Of a stretch of 64,000 nt of DNA, positions 13,223 through 23,978 are shown piece by piece. Source of the stretch: Candidatus Hydrogenedentota bacterium (lineage in GTDB: Bacteria > Hydrogenedentota > Hydrogenedentia > Hydrogenedentales > SLHB01); assembly GCA_963674865.2 (NCBI GenBank), contig CAXXYE010000009.1:608001-672000 (forward strand), in the 5' to 3' direction. The translations under genes and the position numbers were made by a program. The stretch's first letter is position 1. Each line of letters starts with the position of its first letter. Below the pieces are notes generated by a model. The model did not search any database, was not told where the DNA came from, and saw nothing but the letters and a program-made list of their open reading frames with translations.

Positions 13223-14704
13223 ATGGCTCAACAGAATTACGCCGAACTGCTCGCCCGCTTTGAGAAGGCCCGCGTCCTGGTTGTAGGCGATGTCTATCTT
13301 GACGAAAACGTCTATGGCAAGGTCACGGGCATTAGCCTCGAGGCGCCCATTCCCATCTACGAGGTCCACGAGAAGCTTCACAATCCCGGTGCGGCCGGAA
13401 ACGCCGCGTGCAACGTCGCCGCCCTCGGCGCAAAGACTTACATGGTCGGCTACGTGGGAGATGATGTGAATGCCGGCATCGTCCGCAAAGAATTCGCCGT
13501 CCGAAACGTCGACACGAGCGGCCTTGTCGTACATCCGAGCCGGCCAACGAACACCTACGGCAAACTCCGCGCCGGCGGATTCAACATCCCCTCACAGGAA
13601 GTACTCCGAACCGACACGCCCAGCCCCGTGTTCGTCGAGGGCGAGGTCGAAGACGCCGTCATCGCCAACATCCGCGCCCGGGCCGGTGAAGTCGACGCCA
13701 TCATCGTCGTCGACCAAGTGGCCTCCGTGGTGACGGAACGCGTCCTGCGGGAAGTGGTGGCCTGTGCAAAGGAACACAACCTGCTGACAGTGGGGGACTC
13801 GCGCGGCCGGGCCGGCGCCTTCAAGGACTTCGACGTCATCGTGCCGAACGACCGCGAGGCCGGAATTGGCGCAGACATCGAGGTGGTGGACGAGAAGACG
13901 CTCCACGAAGCGGCGAAGAAATTGCTCGGCATCTGCAAGAACGCGCTCATCACCCGAGGCCCCGAGGGCATCACCGTCTTCGCCGAAAATGGCGACATCA
14001 CCGACGTGCCCATCACGATCTCACCAAGCGCCGTCGTGGACGTCACGGGCGCGGGAGATACCGTCACAGCCACCGTCTGCGTTACCTTGGTGGCCGGCGG
14101 CTCCCTGGTAGACGCCGCGGCCATCGGTAATGCGGCCGCCGGCGTAGCCGTGGCGAAGCCGGGGGTCGTTACTGTGCCGCGCGATGAACTCGCAGAGGCC
14201 CTCTCCGGAACGGCCGGCCCCGCGAAGGTAAAGACGGTTGAGGCCCTGAAACCGATTGTGGAGCAGTTGCACCGCGAGGGGAAAACCGTCACGTGGACAA
14301 ACGGCGTCTTCGATCTGCTCCACGCCGGCCACATCACCTATCTCATGAAGGCCGCCGCCCTGGGCGATGTGCTCATCGTCGGCATCAACAGCGACGCCTC
14401 GGCGAGAGAGCTCAAAGGGCCGGAGCGGCCCATCATTCCCGAGGACAACCGGGCGCTCGTGCTGTCCGCACTCGAGTGTGTCGACTATGTGGTCGTCTTC
14501 TCGGAACAGACGACCGTGCCCGTCCTCGAGTGTCTGCGTCCGGATATCTACGCGAAAGGCGGAGATTACACCCTCGAAAGCGTTGTGCAGCCCGAACGCC
14601 GCCTTGTGGAGGATTACGGCGGGCGCATCGCCATTATCCCCGGCGTTGAAGGCCAGTCCACCACAGCTATTCTCAAGAAGATCGTCAGCGAGAACCAGCA
14701 GTAG
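13223..14704 (+). CDS. hldE: Bifunctional heptose-7-phosphate kinase / heptose-1-phosphate adenylyltransferase
   Basis: PfkB domain (VGDVYLD, DVTGAGD) fused to a cytidylyltransferase-like domain (TNGVFDLLHAGH, KGPERP, KGGDY). Confidence 0.85.
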   Translation: MAQQNYAELLARFEKARVLVVGDVYLDENVYGKVTGISLEAPIPIYEVHEKLHNPGAAGNAACNVAALGAKTYMVGYVGDDVNAGIVRKEFAVRNVDTSGLVVHPSRPTNTYGKLRAGGFNIPSQEVLRTDTPSPVFVEGEVEDAVIANIRARAGEVDAIIVVDQVASVVTERVLREVVACAKEHNLLTVGDSRGRAGAFKDFDVIVPNDREAGIGADIEVVDEKTLHEAAKKLLGICKNALITRGPEGITVFAENGDITDVPITISPSAVVDVTGAGDTVTATVCVTLVAGGSLVDAAAIGNAAAGVAVAKPGVVTVPRDELAEALSGTAGPAKVKTVEALKPIVEQLHREGKTVTWTNGVFDLLHAGHITYLMKAAALGDVLIVGINSDASARELKGPERPIIPEDNRALVLSALECVDYVVVFSEQTTVPVLECLRPDIYAKGGDYTLESVVQPERRLVEDYGGRIAIIPGVEGQSTTAILKKIVSENQQ

Positions 14705-14829
14705 CACAAGTGCCCGGCCTCCAAACCGCGGCGTTTGTGCTTGCGGCCATCTTGCACGGCGCCCTCTCAGGCCGCAAGGTGTGGCTAGGGGTGCGGCCCA
14801 TGCCGCTTGCAGGAGCAGAGCGTGACACC

Positions 14830-16761
14830 ATGAGCAATTTGGCGCTTGGCGATGCCCTCCTGACGGCCCATTCCATCACCAAAGGCTACGGCGCCCAGCC
14901 CGTCATCGAGGACGTATCCCTTACCCTCCACGAGGGAGAACGGATAGGCCTGATCGGGCGCAACGGCAGCGGCAAGTCCACCTTGCTCCGCATACTGGCC
15001 GGCGAGGAAACGCCCGATGAAGGACACGTCACGCAACGCCGCGGATTGCGCATCGGCCTTCTCGACCAGGACTGCCCACACGACCGCGGCAAGACCGTCG
15101 GGCAGATCCTCGAGGAGACGACGCAAGAGATCAGGGCGCTCCTAAACGAATATGCCGCCGCCACACGCCGGTTGAGCGAGGCGGCGCCCGGCTCCGGCGA
15201 ACATGTTCAACTCCAAACCAGGTATGAGGAGCTCCATCACACGCTCGAGCTATCCGGCGCCTGGAATCTTAACGTCGATATCAAGCAGGTTTCCGAGGCC
15301 CTGGACTTGCCGCCGGCCGATCGCGTCATCGGCACCCTATCCGGGGGCGAACTCAGACGCGTCGGCCTTGCCACCGTCTTGCTGAAGCATCCCGACGTAT
15401 TGCTGCTCGACGAACCGACGAACCACATTGACACGAAGAGCGTCGAGTGGATCGAGGCGTTCCTGTCCGGCTACCGAGGCAGCTGCATCCTCGTGACGCA
15501 CGACCGCTACTTCCTCGAGCGCACCGTGACACGGATCGCAGAGGTCGAGCACCGGCGTCTACTAAGCTTTCCGGGCAGCTATCAGCGATACCTTGACGTC
15601 AAGGCCCAGCGCCACGACGCGGCCGCAAAGGCGGAGCAGGCGCGCCAAGCCACGCTCCGCAGGGAATTGGCGTGGCTTCGCCGCGGGCCAAAGGCACGAA
15701 CCTCCAAAGATGGCGGTAGGATCAAGCGATTCGAGCGCCTGCGCGACCAAGGCCCGCCGCCGGCCCACGGGGAGTTCGCGTTTGCCATTCCTGCGCCCCC
15801 GCGTCTGGGCAAGCGGATCCTGGAAGCGGAAGACATCGCATGCGGATTCGGCGACACACTTCTTTTCAAAGACTTCTCGCTCATCTTGCAGAAGGGCATG
15901 CGCGTCGGCATCGTCGGCCCCAACGGCTCCGGCAAGTCGACACTGCTGCGCGCGCTGATGGGCGAAGAGGAACTGCGGCAGGGAAGCATCTTCATCGGAG
16001 ACGCCACGCAGTTCCTATACGTCGACCAGACCCACGAGGCCGTGGATCCGGAGCAAACGATACTCGACTTCGTGTCGAACGGCGCCCTGTATTGGGATGT
16101 GAACGACCAGCGGCTGTACGTGCCCAGCTATCTCGAGCGGTTCCTCTTTGATCGCGAAAGCATACGCATGCCCATGCGGAACCTCTCCGGCGGCGAGCGC
16201 AACCGAATCGAACTCGCGAAGAAGCTCTTGCAGGGCGGCAATGTCCTCGTGCTCGACGAACCGACGAACGACTTGGACCTGCACACCCTTCGCGTCCTCG
16301 AGGAGGCCGTCGAATCCTTTGACGGCTGCGCATTTCTTGTCAGCCATGACCGCTACTTCCTGAACCGCCTCTGCACCCACCTCATCGTCTTCGAGGGATA
16401 CGGCAAGGTGTTGCTGCTTGCGGGCAATTATGACGACTACGTGCTATACAAAGAGAAGACAAAGCCCAAGCTGGACACCGATGCACGACCCGCGAACAAG
16501 ACAACGAAGAAGCCGCGCCCGCGCGACCCACGCCGCCTTACCTACAAGGAGCAGCAGGAGCTGGCGGGCATGGAAACCGCCATTACGCTGGCCGACGACA
16601 GTCTGCGAGCGGTCGAAAAGGCCATCCACGCACCCGGCTTCTACAATCAGGAGCATACCGCCGTCCAGGAGACGCTCTCACGTCTAAAGACGGCCAAGGA
16701 GGAGGTCGAGCGCCTCTACGCCCGTTGGCAGGAACTGGAAGACCGGAGCGACAAGACGTAA
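14830..16761 (+). CDS. uup: ABC-F family ATPase, Uup-like
   Basis: Two ABC domains (GRNGSGKST, GPNGSGKST, LSGGE, LDEPTN), ELAWLRRGPKARTSK linker, C-terminal coiled coil, no TM segments. Confidence 0.85.
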   Translation: MSNLALGDALLTAHSITKGYGAQPVIEDVSLTLHEGERIGLIGRNGSGKSTLLRILAGEETPDEGHVTQRRGLRIGLLDQDCPHDRGKTVGQILEETTQEIRALLNEYAAATRRLSEAAPGSGEHVQLQTRYEELHHTLELSGAWNLNVDIKQVSEALDLPPADRVIGTLSGGELRRVGLATVLLKHPDVLLLDEPTNHIDTKSVEWIEAFLSGYRGSCILVTHDRYFLERTVTRIAEVEHRRLLSFPGSYQRYLDVKAQRHDAAAKAEQARQATLRRELAWLRRGPKARTSKDGGRIKRFERLRDQGPPPAHGEFAFAIPAPPRLGKRILEAEDIACGFGDTLLFKDFSLILQKGMRVGIVGPNGSGKSTLLRALMGEEELRQGSIFIGDATQFLYVDQTHEAVDPEQTILDFVSNGALYWDVNDQRLYVPSYLERFLFDRESIRMPMRNLSGGERNRIELAKKLLQGGNVLVLDEPTNDLDLHTLRVLEEAVESFDGCAFLVSHDRYFLNRLCTHLIVFEGYGKVLLLAGNYDDYVLYKEKTKPKLDTDARPANKTTKKPRPRDPRRLTYKEQQELAGMETAITLADDSLRAVEKAIHAPGFYNQEHTAVQETLSRLKTAKEEVERLYARWQELEDRSDKT

Positions 16762-16839
16762 GCGTCCTGTCCCCGCCTACGCGTCGCTCGGCATAGCAGT
16801 CATGCGCTTGAAGATATGGCCAATCGGAGGTGTGTGCAA

Positions 16840-19665
16840 ATGAATACGAGAGCCCTTTTTCTCGCGATGGCCGCAGGTATCATTGTCCTTGCGTCCGGCA
16901 TTGCCTTCGCCAAGGAACAGATTCCGCCGCGCGACCGGCCCGTCCTCGAGCGACCCGTCGTGAGCATTGCCCCCACCGACACAGCCCCCACCGTGGACGG
17001 CGTCCTCGATGACGTGTGCTGGCAGTCGGCCGTGTCGGCTCTGCCCTTCAATCTTTGCTACCAGGCGGAGTATGCGCCCTTTCGCAGTGAGGCGCTCCTC
17101 ACGTACGACGCGGAGTACCTCTACGTAGGTATGCGATGCTTCCAGCCTGATCCTGAACGCCACCCCGCGCCGCCGTATCCGCCTGCAAACGCAAAGGCGA
17201 CCGCAGAAGTGCTCCTGAACGCCGGAGCCAAGGAGCAGTACTACAAGCTGGCGATTACTCCCGAGGGCGACGTCACGACCCATCAGTGGGGGGGCGGCGC
17301 AGCACCATGGCATGGCGAACCGACTGCGGCCCAGGCGCGGGCGGACGGCGGCTGGACGGCGGAGTTCGCCATTCCCTTCGCCGCCCTCGAACTGCCGCGG
17401 CCCCATCCCACCGGCTCATGGCGCGTCAACTTCGGCCGACGACGCCCGAATAAGATCGAGAACGCCGCTTGGGCCGTCACCTATGCGTGGTTCTACGAGC
17501 CTCAGTTCTTCGGCGACCTTCGGTTTCGTGGCGAGGACGCCTGCACCGCCGAGCTGACGGAGGTCAGTGCGCCGAAGGTAGGCGCAAATCCCCTCACACT
17601 GCGCTTGACCAACCGCGCCGCGAACTCGACGGAATGCGAAGTGCTGGGAACCATGGAGGAAATGTCCGGGCGCCGGACAATCTTCCGCAAGATCCTTCGC
17701 GTCGAAGGTGGCGAGCACGTGGATGTTCCCCTGAGTTACGAACTCCCTGATGGCACATTGGGCGTCCTCACGGTAGCTGTCTCCGAGCGTCACGAAGCAG
17801 CTCCCCTGTTCCGGCAGTCCATCCCCGTCAACGTGCCCCGCAATCGCGAGATGCTGCATAAGGCGCGGCGCGCCCTGAAGACTATAAAGACCCACGCCGG
17901 GGGCGAGAGGTCGCCGCATTGGCTCAGCGCGGAACTGCGTCGATGCAGGAGGGAGCTTCGGGCGTTTGACGAAGCGCTCTCCCGGCCCAATCTCCCGCTT
18001 TGTGAATGGAAGCGGCTTGAAAAACCAATCGAGCGGCTGTTGGGGCAGGCCGAGAAGCTTGCCTGGATACAGGAGCACGGCGTTGCCGATGCTTCGTTTG
18101 CCGTGGGCTACGCCTCCACTATCGAGAAGCTGCTTCGCGATCACGCCTACCAAGGACCGCGGGCATCCGTCATCATGCTCGAGGCGGCGCGCGGCGAATA
18201 CGAGGGAACACAACTTGTCGTGGTTCCCTGTGGAGATTCCTTGGAGAACCTTGCGGCGACCTGTTCACCTTTGCAGGGCCCTGACGGGCACGTGATCGCG
18301 CCAGAGGAGATCACGCTCCAGTGGGTGGATTTCGTCGAAACGCGCCAGCCGCGCCACCCTATCGACTACATCGGCTGGTTCCCCGATCCGCTGTTCCCTT
18401 GGGACGCGGCAAGTCGCTCCGTCCCGTCAGACACGCTGCATCAACCCATCTGGCTAACCGTCCACGTGCCTCATGGCATTCCGCCAGGCACTTACACGGG
18501 CCAGGTATCACTGGAGGCAGACGAAGCCGACCCGCAGACGGTAACACTGCGTGTGCGCGTCTACGATTTCGCCCTGCCGCTGCGCCCGGCCCTGAAAACC
18601 GTCTTCTGGCTCAACGACAGCCTGACAAGACGGTGGTATGGGTGGGAGCAGATCCCCCACGACGTGCGCCGCGATCAGATAGCCTTCCTGCTGCGCTATC
18701 GGATCAATCCCGCCATCGGCTTGGATCTACTCGAACCGGTGGAGGATTTCGAGTTCGCCCTCGAGCGCGGCTTGAATACCATCCAATTGGGCACGGCCGC
18801 TTCTTGGCCGCTGCCCGAGGACGCGATGGCCAAGCTCGAAAAGTCCTATGCCTTTCTCAAGGCTCGCGGCCTGCTCGATATGGCCTTCATCTACGCCCAC
18901 GACGAGCCGTCCCCGGAGATGTATCCCGAAGTGCGCCACACCATGGAGCAAGTGGCGCAACACTTCCCGGGACTCCGCCGCGTTTGCACGGCCTTCCCGC
19001 CCGCCGAAGGACTCGAGGGCGCGGTCGAGACGTGGATCGTTGTGCCCAACCTTTTCAATTACGAGGCCGTGGCCGAGCGACAGGCGGCCGGCGATGATCT
19101 CTGGTTCTACGGAGGCCCTACCGCCAAGCGGCCCTACACGAACTGGTACGTGGACTACGCCGGAATCGAGGAGCGCATGATCTTCTGGCACTGCTGGAAA
19201 TACGGGGCCACCGGCCTCCTTCACTGGTGCCTCAACTACTGGGGCTCCAACATGACCCCCTGGTCAGGCAACCCGGCGATTGACGATGCCATCGCCGCCG
19301 GCGAGCGCTGGCCGGAGGTGCCCTGGAACGCCTGGACGTACCTCAATGTCAACGGGGAGGCGCAACTTGTCTATCCGGGAACGGACGGCGCCTTTTGGAG
19401 CAGCGTCCGGCTTGAGATCTTTCGCGACGGCATGGAGGATTACGACTACCTCGCGGTACTGAAATCCCTCCTACGGCAACTGGACGAGAGCACCGCGTAC
19501 AACCGATCCTCGCTCGCCGAGAAAGGGCGGGACTTGATAACCATCGGGCCGCCGGTTGCCGCCGATCTTACCGAATTCACGAAAGACCTCGACGTGTTGA
19601 TGCAGCGTAGGAAGGCCGTGGCCGAGCACATCGAGCGCATCAAGCACGCGCTGGACGCAGAGTGA
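16840..19665 (+). CDS. Secreted glycoside hydrolase-like protein (CBM9-like N-terminus, DUF4091/GH123-like C-terminus)
   Basis: Signal peptide; APTVDGVLDD..W and WTAEFAIPF (CBM9-like); HDEP and SVRLEIFRDGMEDYDY (DUF4091). Confidence 0.7.
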   Translation: MNTRALFLAMAAGIIVLASGIAFAKEQIPPRDRPVLERPVVSIAPTDTAPTVDGVLDDVCWQSAVSALPFNLCYQAEYAPFRSEALLTYDAEYLYVGMRCFQPDPERHPAPPYPPANAKATAEVLLNAGAKEQYYKLAITPEGDVTTHQWGGGAAPWHGEPTAAQARADGGWTAEFAIPFAALELPRPHPTGSWRVNFGRRRPNKIENAAWAVTYAWFYEPQFFGDLRFRGEDACTAELTEVSAPKVGANPLTLRLTNRAANSTECEVLGTMEEMSGRRTIFRKILRVEGGEHVDVPLSYELPDGTLGVLTVAVSERHEAAPLFRQSIPVNVPRNREMLHKARRALKTIKTHAGGERSPHWLSAELRRCRRELRAFDEALSRPNLPLCEWKRLEKPIERLLGQAEKLAWIQEHGVADASFAVGYASTIEKLLRDHAYQGPRASVIMLEAARGEYEGTQLVVVPCGDSLENLAATCSPLQGPDGHVIAPEEITLQWVDFVETRQPRHPIDYIGWFPDPLFPWDAASRSVPSDTLHQPIWLTVHVPHGIPPGTYTGQVSLEADEADPQTVTLRVRVYDFALPLRPALKTVFWLNDSLTRRWYGWEQIPHDVRRDQIAFLLRYRINPAIGLDLLEPVEDFEFALERGLNTIQLGTAASWPLPEDAMAKLEKSYAFLKARGLLDMAFIYAHDEPSPEMYPEVRHTMEQVAQHFPGLRRVCTAFPPAEGLEGAVETWIVVPNLFNYEAVAERQAAGDDLWFYGGPTAKRPYTNWYVDYAGIEERMIFWHCWKYGATGLLHWCLNYWGSNMTPWSGNPAIDDAIAAGERWPEVPWNAWTYLNVNGEAQLVYPGTDGAFWSSVRLEIFRDGMEDYDYLAVLKSLLRQLDESTAYNRSSLAEKGRDLITIGPPVAADLTEFTKDLDVLMQRRKAVAEHIERIKHALDAE

Positions 19666-19710
19666 AAACCGGCACGGGAACGTCCTCGGAGAGACTCGAT
19701 AAGGGCGTTG

Positions 19711-20610
19711 TTAGTGCACCCAGTCTGGAGCGGTAATGGGGCCGTAGAGTTCGGGCCGCCGATCGCGGATATGATTGTCGTTCTTGGCCTTGGTGAGGTC
19801 GATATCGACTATGAGCACACCGGGCCCGCCTTCCTCTTGCGCCTGAACTCCGCCCTTCGGATTGGTGACGAGGCCCTCGGTTGGATGCGTAAAGGCGATG
19901 AAGCACTGATTCTCGTAGGCCCGCGTCCGCATCATTGTCGTGTTGAAGTCGCCCCGGAAGCCATACGTTGGATTGAGTATGAGCTTGGCGCCCTGAAGGC
20001 GCAGCGTGCGCGCCGTCTCAGGCCAGCGGCGATCCGCGCAGATCATGATGCCCACCGGCCCCCACGGCGTCGGCCAGACGGGGAGTGACTCCCCGGGCGT
20101 GTATTGGAGATCGTGCCGCTGGAGATGGGCTTTGTGGTAGACGCCGATCAGTTCCCCCTCGCTGCTCCATAGCCCGGCGGCGTTGTACGGCTTGCCATCC
20201 TCCATGGAAGTGAAGCCGAAGCAGATGTACATGCCACGCTTCTTAGCCTCCTCCGCGACTTGCTGGAGGTACCGGCTGCTTGACAGATCCTGGGCCATCT
20301 CGCGCACCTTTTCGGGCGTCGAATGCTCCGTATCGGCCGCGCAGTATCCGTCCAGCCAACCCTCCGGGGTGATGAGAATCTCGGCATTCTGCTGCGATGC
20401 TTCGTCCAGAAGCTTCAAGAACACCGCGAAATTGGCGTCCAGGTTCCATTTTTCCGGCACCGCACGCATCAGCGCCAGACGGGCCGTGGTTTTCGTCGGC
20501 TCGGGAACGGTGGTGGAGGACATGTCCGTCTCGGGACCTCCTTTCAACGTGTGGCAGGCACTCAGAACGAGGATAGCAAGAATGGCAGCCGTTAGGATTC
20601 GAAAAGACAT
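19711..20610 (-). CDS. Carbon-nitrogen hydrolase (nitrilase superfamily), predicted lipoprotein
   Basis: E-K-C triad contexts TPEG, YHK and ICAD; lipobox LSAC after a hydrophobic stretch. Confidence 0.85.
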   Translation of the reverse strand: MSFRILTAAILAILVLSACHTLKGGPETDMSSTTVPEPTKTTARLALMRAVPEKWNLDANFAVFLKLLDEASQQNAEILITPEGWLDGYCAADTEHSTPEKVREMAQDLSSSRYLQQVAEEAKKRGMYICFGFTSMEDGKPYNAAGLWSSEGELIGVYHKAHLQRHDLQYTPGESLPVWPTPWGPVGIMICADRRWPETARTLRLQGAKLILNPTYGFRGDFNTTMMRTRAYENQCFIAFTHPTEGLVTNPKGGVQAQEEGGPGVLIVDIDLTKAKNDNHIRDRRPELYGPITAPDWVH

Positions 20611-20743
20611 GAAGACATCTCCAAAACAGGCCAAATGGACCTCGAATTCTACCAGTTCCTCGGTTTGATGTGCTAACGTAGGCTGATCTGGGCGTAAGTC
20701 GTGAGCATTCTGGCGTCGATCAGCCATCTGGGGAGAGAGAAAC

Positions 20744-23700
20744 ATGAAATCGGAGGCCATCGAGGCGCGGTGGTCACTCTACCGGCTTGTGGACGACGCC
20801 GGCGTAACGCGCCGCCTGTTGAAGCTCACCGCATCCGAGGCGGCCGGCGTCGGCGGTTCCCGCCTCCTATCCTCGAAAGGCGAGGTACTCGACGAGGAGC
20901 CCGTGCCGCCAGGGATGCGCGGCCCGTGGCACTTCGGTTTCTGGGTGCCCGAAACTGCTGCCCCCGAACAACCTTTCGCGGTTGAGACGTTCGGGGCCAA
21001 CGCCGCGACGCGCATCGACCTCACGCCCGGGCCTTTGGCGGAGGGCCATGAATGCCCTCTCCGTATGGATCGAACCGGCGAATGGCTCCGAAATCACCTC
21101 GAAACGCGCGAATCCCTGCCTAATGCGGCCGATTTGGCCGGTTTTGTGCCGTCTATGGGCGCCTACCTGCGTCAGCACCGAATCATCTACGAGAAGCCGG
21201 CCGTTCATTGGGCCGAAGGACTGCCTCTGGGGAATGGAGTGGTCGGCGCACTTGTAACCGGCCAGGCAGGCCGCTCTCAGACATTCTACCTCGACCGCGC
21301 CGACCTTTGGGCGACAACGCACGAGGGACGCCCCATCGGGCGAGTGTATGCGGGACAGATCGATATCACCTTCGACGCGCCGGGGGACTTCCTCCAGGAA
21401 CTCGACTTGCACGGCGCGGAGGTCGCCACGCGTCAGGGACGCCTGACGACGGCCGCGCGCGTCAACGCCGAGCACGACGTGTTTGAAGTTGAGATGTGCT
21501 GGGAGGGGGAACAGCCTCTGGAGGTGAACCTGGCCTTCTCGCGCCGCGCCATGCCGCTTCTCGAGGGCGACTTCGGGGAAACCGGCGCCAAGGCCAACGG
21601 TAGCTGGGAAGCCACGACCTCCCCCGCGGACATGGAGAAGGCCAGGGAGGTCGTCAGGAACGCTCCTCATACCTCCCCCGAACTGACAATCACAGGCGAC
21701 ACGGCGCTCATTGAGCATCTCCTGCCCAATATGGCCTACGCCATGGCGGCCCGCGTGGAAGGGGCGTCTACCACCTGGCACGACGCCTCCGGGCCGCACG
21801 AGGCGCGCTCCGAGGCGAGCATCACAATCCGCCCCGGCCAGATGGTAAGGTTGGCCGTCGCCGTCGCATCCGATCGCGCGGGCAGCGACCCGGCGGCGCG
21901 GGCATCGGCGCTCTTGCAGGAAGACCTCGCTGGCCACGCCGCCTGGTGGGCGCGGTTCTGGGAGCGGACGTTTGTCGAGCTTCCGGACAAGCTCGTCGAG
22001 AACCTGTGGTATTTCGGCGTATATCACCAGGCCGCCTTCTCGCGCTCGCTTCAGGCGCCCGGCTTCCTGGCGCTATGGCACCCCCTCGACTACCGGACAT
22101 GGGATGACGGCTACGTCGCCGACGCTCAAACCGCGCTCATGTGGTATGCGCCCTTCGCGGCCAATCATATCGAGCTTATGCTCCCACACCACCACACCTT
22201 CGGCCGCATGCTCCCCGAGTTCCTCGAGCACAATCCCGCCGACGGCGCACTGGTACCGCATCATTTCTTCCCCGAATGGGCCGGCGGACATACGGCCTTC
22301 GGCAAGCCTAATCCCTACAAGGGATCCATCGCCTGGTTCGCCCTCAACTTCTGGTGGGATTACTGCTACACCGGCGACAAGACCTTTCTTGAGGACGTCG
22401 CCTATCCGCTCATCGCCGCCTGCGCCGATTTCCACGCGGCCGACATCGTCCGCGAGGATGACGGCCGCTTTCACTGCATTGACAGCGGCGCTCCCGAACA
22501 GAACGACACGGCGCGCGATAATGTCTACGATCGCGCTTGCATCGGCGCCGCCCTGCGCGCGGCGGTCGAGGCCGCGGCAGTGCTGGGGGGCGACAAAAGC
22601 CGGGCCGCCCGATGGCAGGAGGTACTGGACAACCTCTTCGAGTTCCCCGCTGACGACAACACTCTGTGGGAATGCCCAGCCAGTCCGCATCCATACCGAT
22701 GCCATCCCGTGGTCACGTTTGGTATTCATCCGACGGGAACCATCGAGCCGGGGAGTCCCTTGTGGGACAAGGCGCAAGCGGCCTACGAGGTCGTCACCAA
22801 CCTGTTCGGCCTGCACTACGAGGATCGCCACGCCACCATTCCCGGGCATGAGGGCGGCGTCGAGCCGAACGGCCACGCCACGGCTTTCCTCATGAATGCC
22901 GCCGCACGCCTCCGCGGCTGGCCCGAGGTACGGCGCCTCTTCTACGCGCTCGCCGTGCGCACGCAGCTAAAGCGCAACGGACTGCGCGCCATCTGCGATC
23001 CGCGCCAGGCCCCCTACCTCACCAACATGGGCATCAGCGAGGCGGTTAGCGGCCAAACCGCAGGCATCAGCGAAGTCCTGCTCCAGAGCTACTCCGATCA
23101 TGTGCGCGTGTTTGCGGGAACCGGTGAAGGCATGTTCCGCTTCGCGGGCTTGCGGGCCTTCGGCGGATTCATCCTCGCCGGTGAATGCATCGATGGGCAG
23201 GTGCGCTCCATCACCGTTCACAGCCTCTGCGGGAATACGCTGCGCTTCGAGAACCCATGGCCGGGACAGCGGATCGTCGTCAAGCGCGACGCGAAGTCTG
23301 ATGAAGGCGACGCCTTAGAAGGCGCGGAGATTCTGGAACTTGAGACGGAAACGGGACAAACGCTCAGGCTGTGTCCCGAGGGCACATGCGATGCCGCCCC
23401 GGCTCCGGTGATCGAGGAACGCTCCGGACCGCGAAGCGTCGATTGCGGCGACTGGGACGACTTCGACCCGCCCGTCGTGTACTATCCCGAGACGCCGCCC
23501 TACGCCCAGGACTCCGCCGATGGCCGCGTCTATCTCGGTATGCCTGCCGAAGAAAAGGGCCGCGAGATCCGCCCCGACTGGCAGCGCGTCCGGGAATTAG
23601 CGCAAAGGCCGGATTGGCCCGCCCGGCAGACGGCGGCGCGCCGGTTGGCGCACCTGGACTCCGATGAAGCCACCGAGCAGCTCATTGCCCTGGCGACGGC

Positions 23701-23947
23701 GGATGAATGCCCCGTCGTTCGCTACACCGCCGGTGTGAGCCTCGTACGACAGGGAACAGTCCGCTCCATCAAGGAAGCGCTGCTCCTAGCGCGCACGACG
23801 GACGCGCCCCATCTTCGCCGCGAGATCCTCAAGGCCGTCAGCCGCCTACAGCGAACCGACGCGGGCGCGCGGCAATTGCGAGCCTGCCTCGGAGATCTGG
23901 CCGTTCTAGAGGCGCTGTTCGGCGGCGAGGCAGACTCGCCCCACTAA
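20744..23947 (+). CDS. GH95-like (alpha/alpha)6 glycoside hydrolase with C-terminal HEAT-like repeats
   Basis: WAEGLPLGNG and DRADLW (GH95 N-domain), (alpha/alpha)6-type core, GISEVLLQS, GLRAFGGF; tail WPARQTAARRL and VRYTAGVSL. Confidence 0.65.
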   Translation: MKSEAIEARWSLYRLVDDAGVTRRLLKLTASEAAGVGGSRLLSSKGEVLDEEPVPPGMRGPWHFGFWVPETAAPEQPFAVETFGANAATRIDLTPGPLAEGHECPLRMDRTGEWLRNHLETRESLPNAADLAGFVPSMGAYLRQHRIIYEKPAVHWAEGLPLGNGVVGALVTGQAGRSQTFYLDRADLWATTHEGRPIGRVYAGQIDITFDAPGDFLQELDLHGAEVATRQGRLTTAARVNAEHDVFEVEMCWEGEQPLEVNLAFSRRAMPLLEGDFGETGAKANGSWEATTSPADMEKAREVVRNAPHTSPELTITGDTALIEHLLPNMAYAMAARVEGASTTWHDASGPHEARSEASITIRPGQMVRLAVAVASDRAGSDPAARASALLQEDLAGHAAWWARFWERTFVELPDKLVENLWYFGVYHQAAFSRSLQAPGFLALWHPLDYRTWDDGYVADAQTALMWYAPFAANHIELMLPHHHTFGRMLPEFLEHNPADGALVPHHFFPEWAGGHTAFGKPNPYKGSIAWFALNFWWDYCYTGDKTFLEDVAYPLIAACADFHAADIVREDDGRFHCIDSGAPEQNDTARDNVYDRACIGAALRAAVEAAAVLGGDKSRAARWQEVLDNLFEFPADDNTLWECPASPHPYRCHPVVTFGIHPTGTIEPGSPLWDKAQAAYEVVTNLFGLHYEDRHATIPGHEGGVEPNGHATAFLMNAAARLRGWPEVRRLFYALAVRTQLKRNGLRAICDPRQAPYLTNMGISEAVSGQTAGISEVLLQSYSDHVRVFAGTGEGMFRFAGLRAFGGFILAGECIDGQVRSITVHSLCGNTLRFENPWPGQRIVVKRDAKSDEGDALEGAEILELETETGQTLRLCPEGTCDAAPAPVIEERSGPRSVDCGDWDDFDPPVVYYPETPPYAQDSADGRVYLGMPAEEKGREIRPDWQRVRELAQRPDWPARQTAARRLAHLDSDEATEQLIALATADECPVVRYTAGVSLVRQGTVRSIKEALLLARTTDAPHLRREILKAVSRLQRTDAGARQLRACLGDLAVLEALFGGEADSPH

Positions 23948-23978
23948 TCCCCGTAGCTGGCCACTACCACCACGATTC

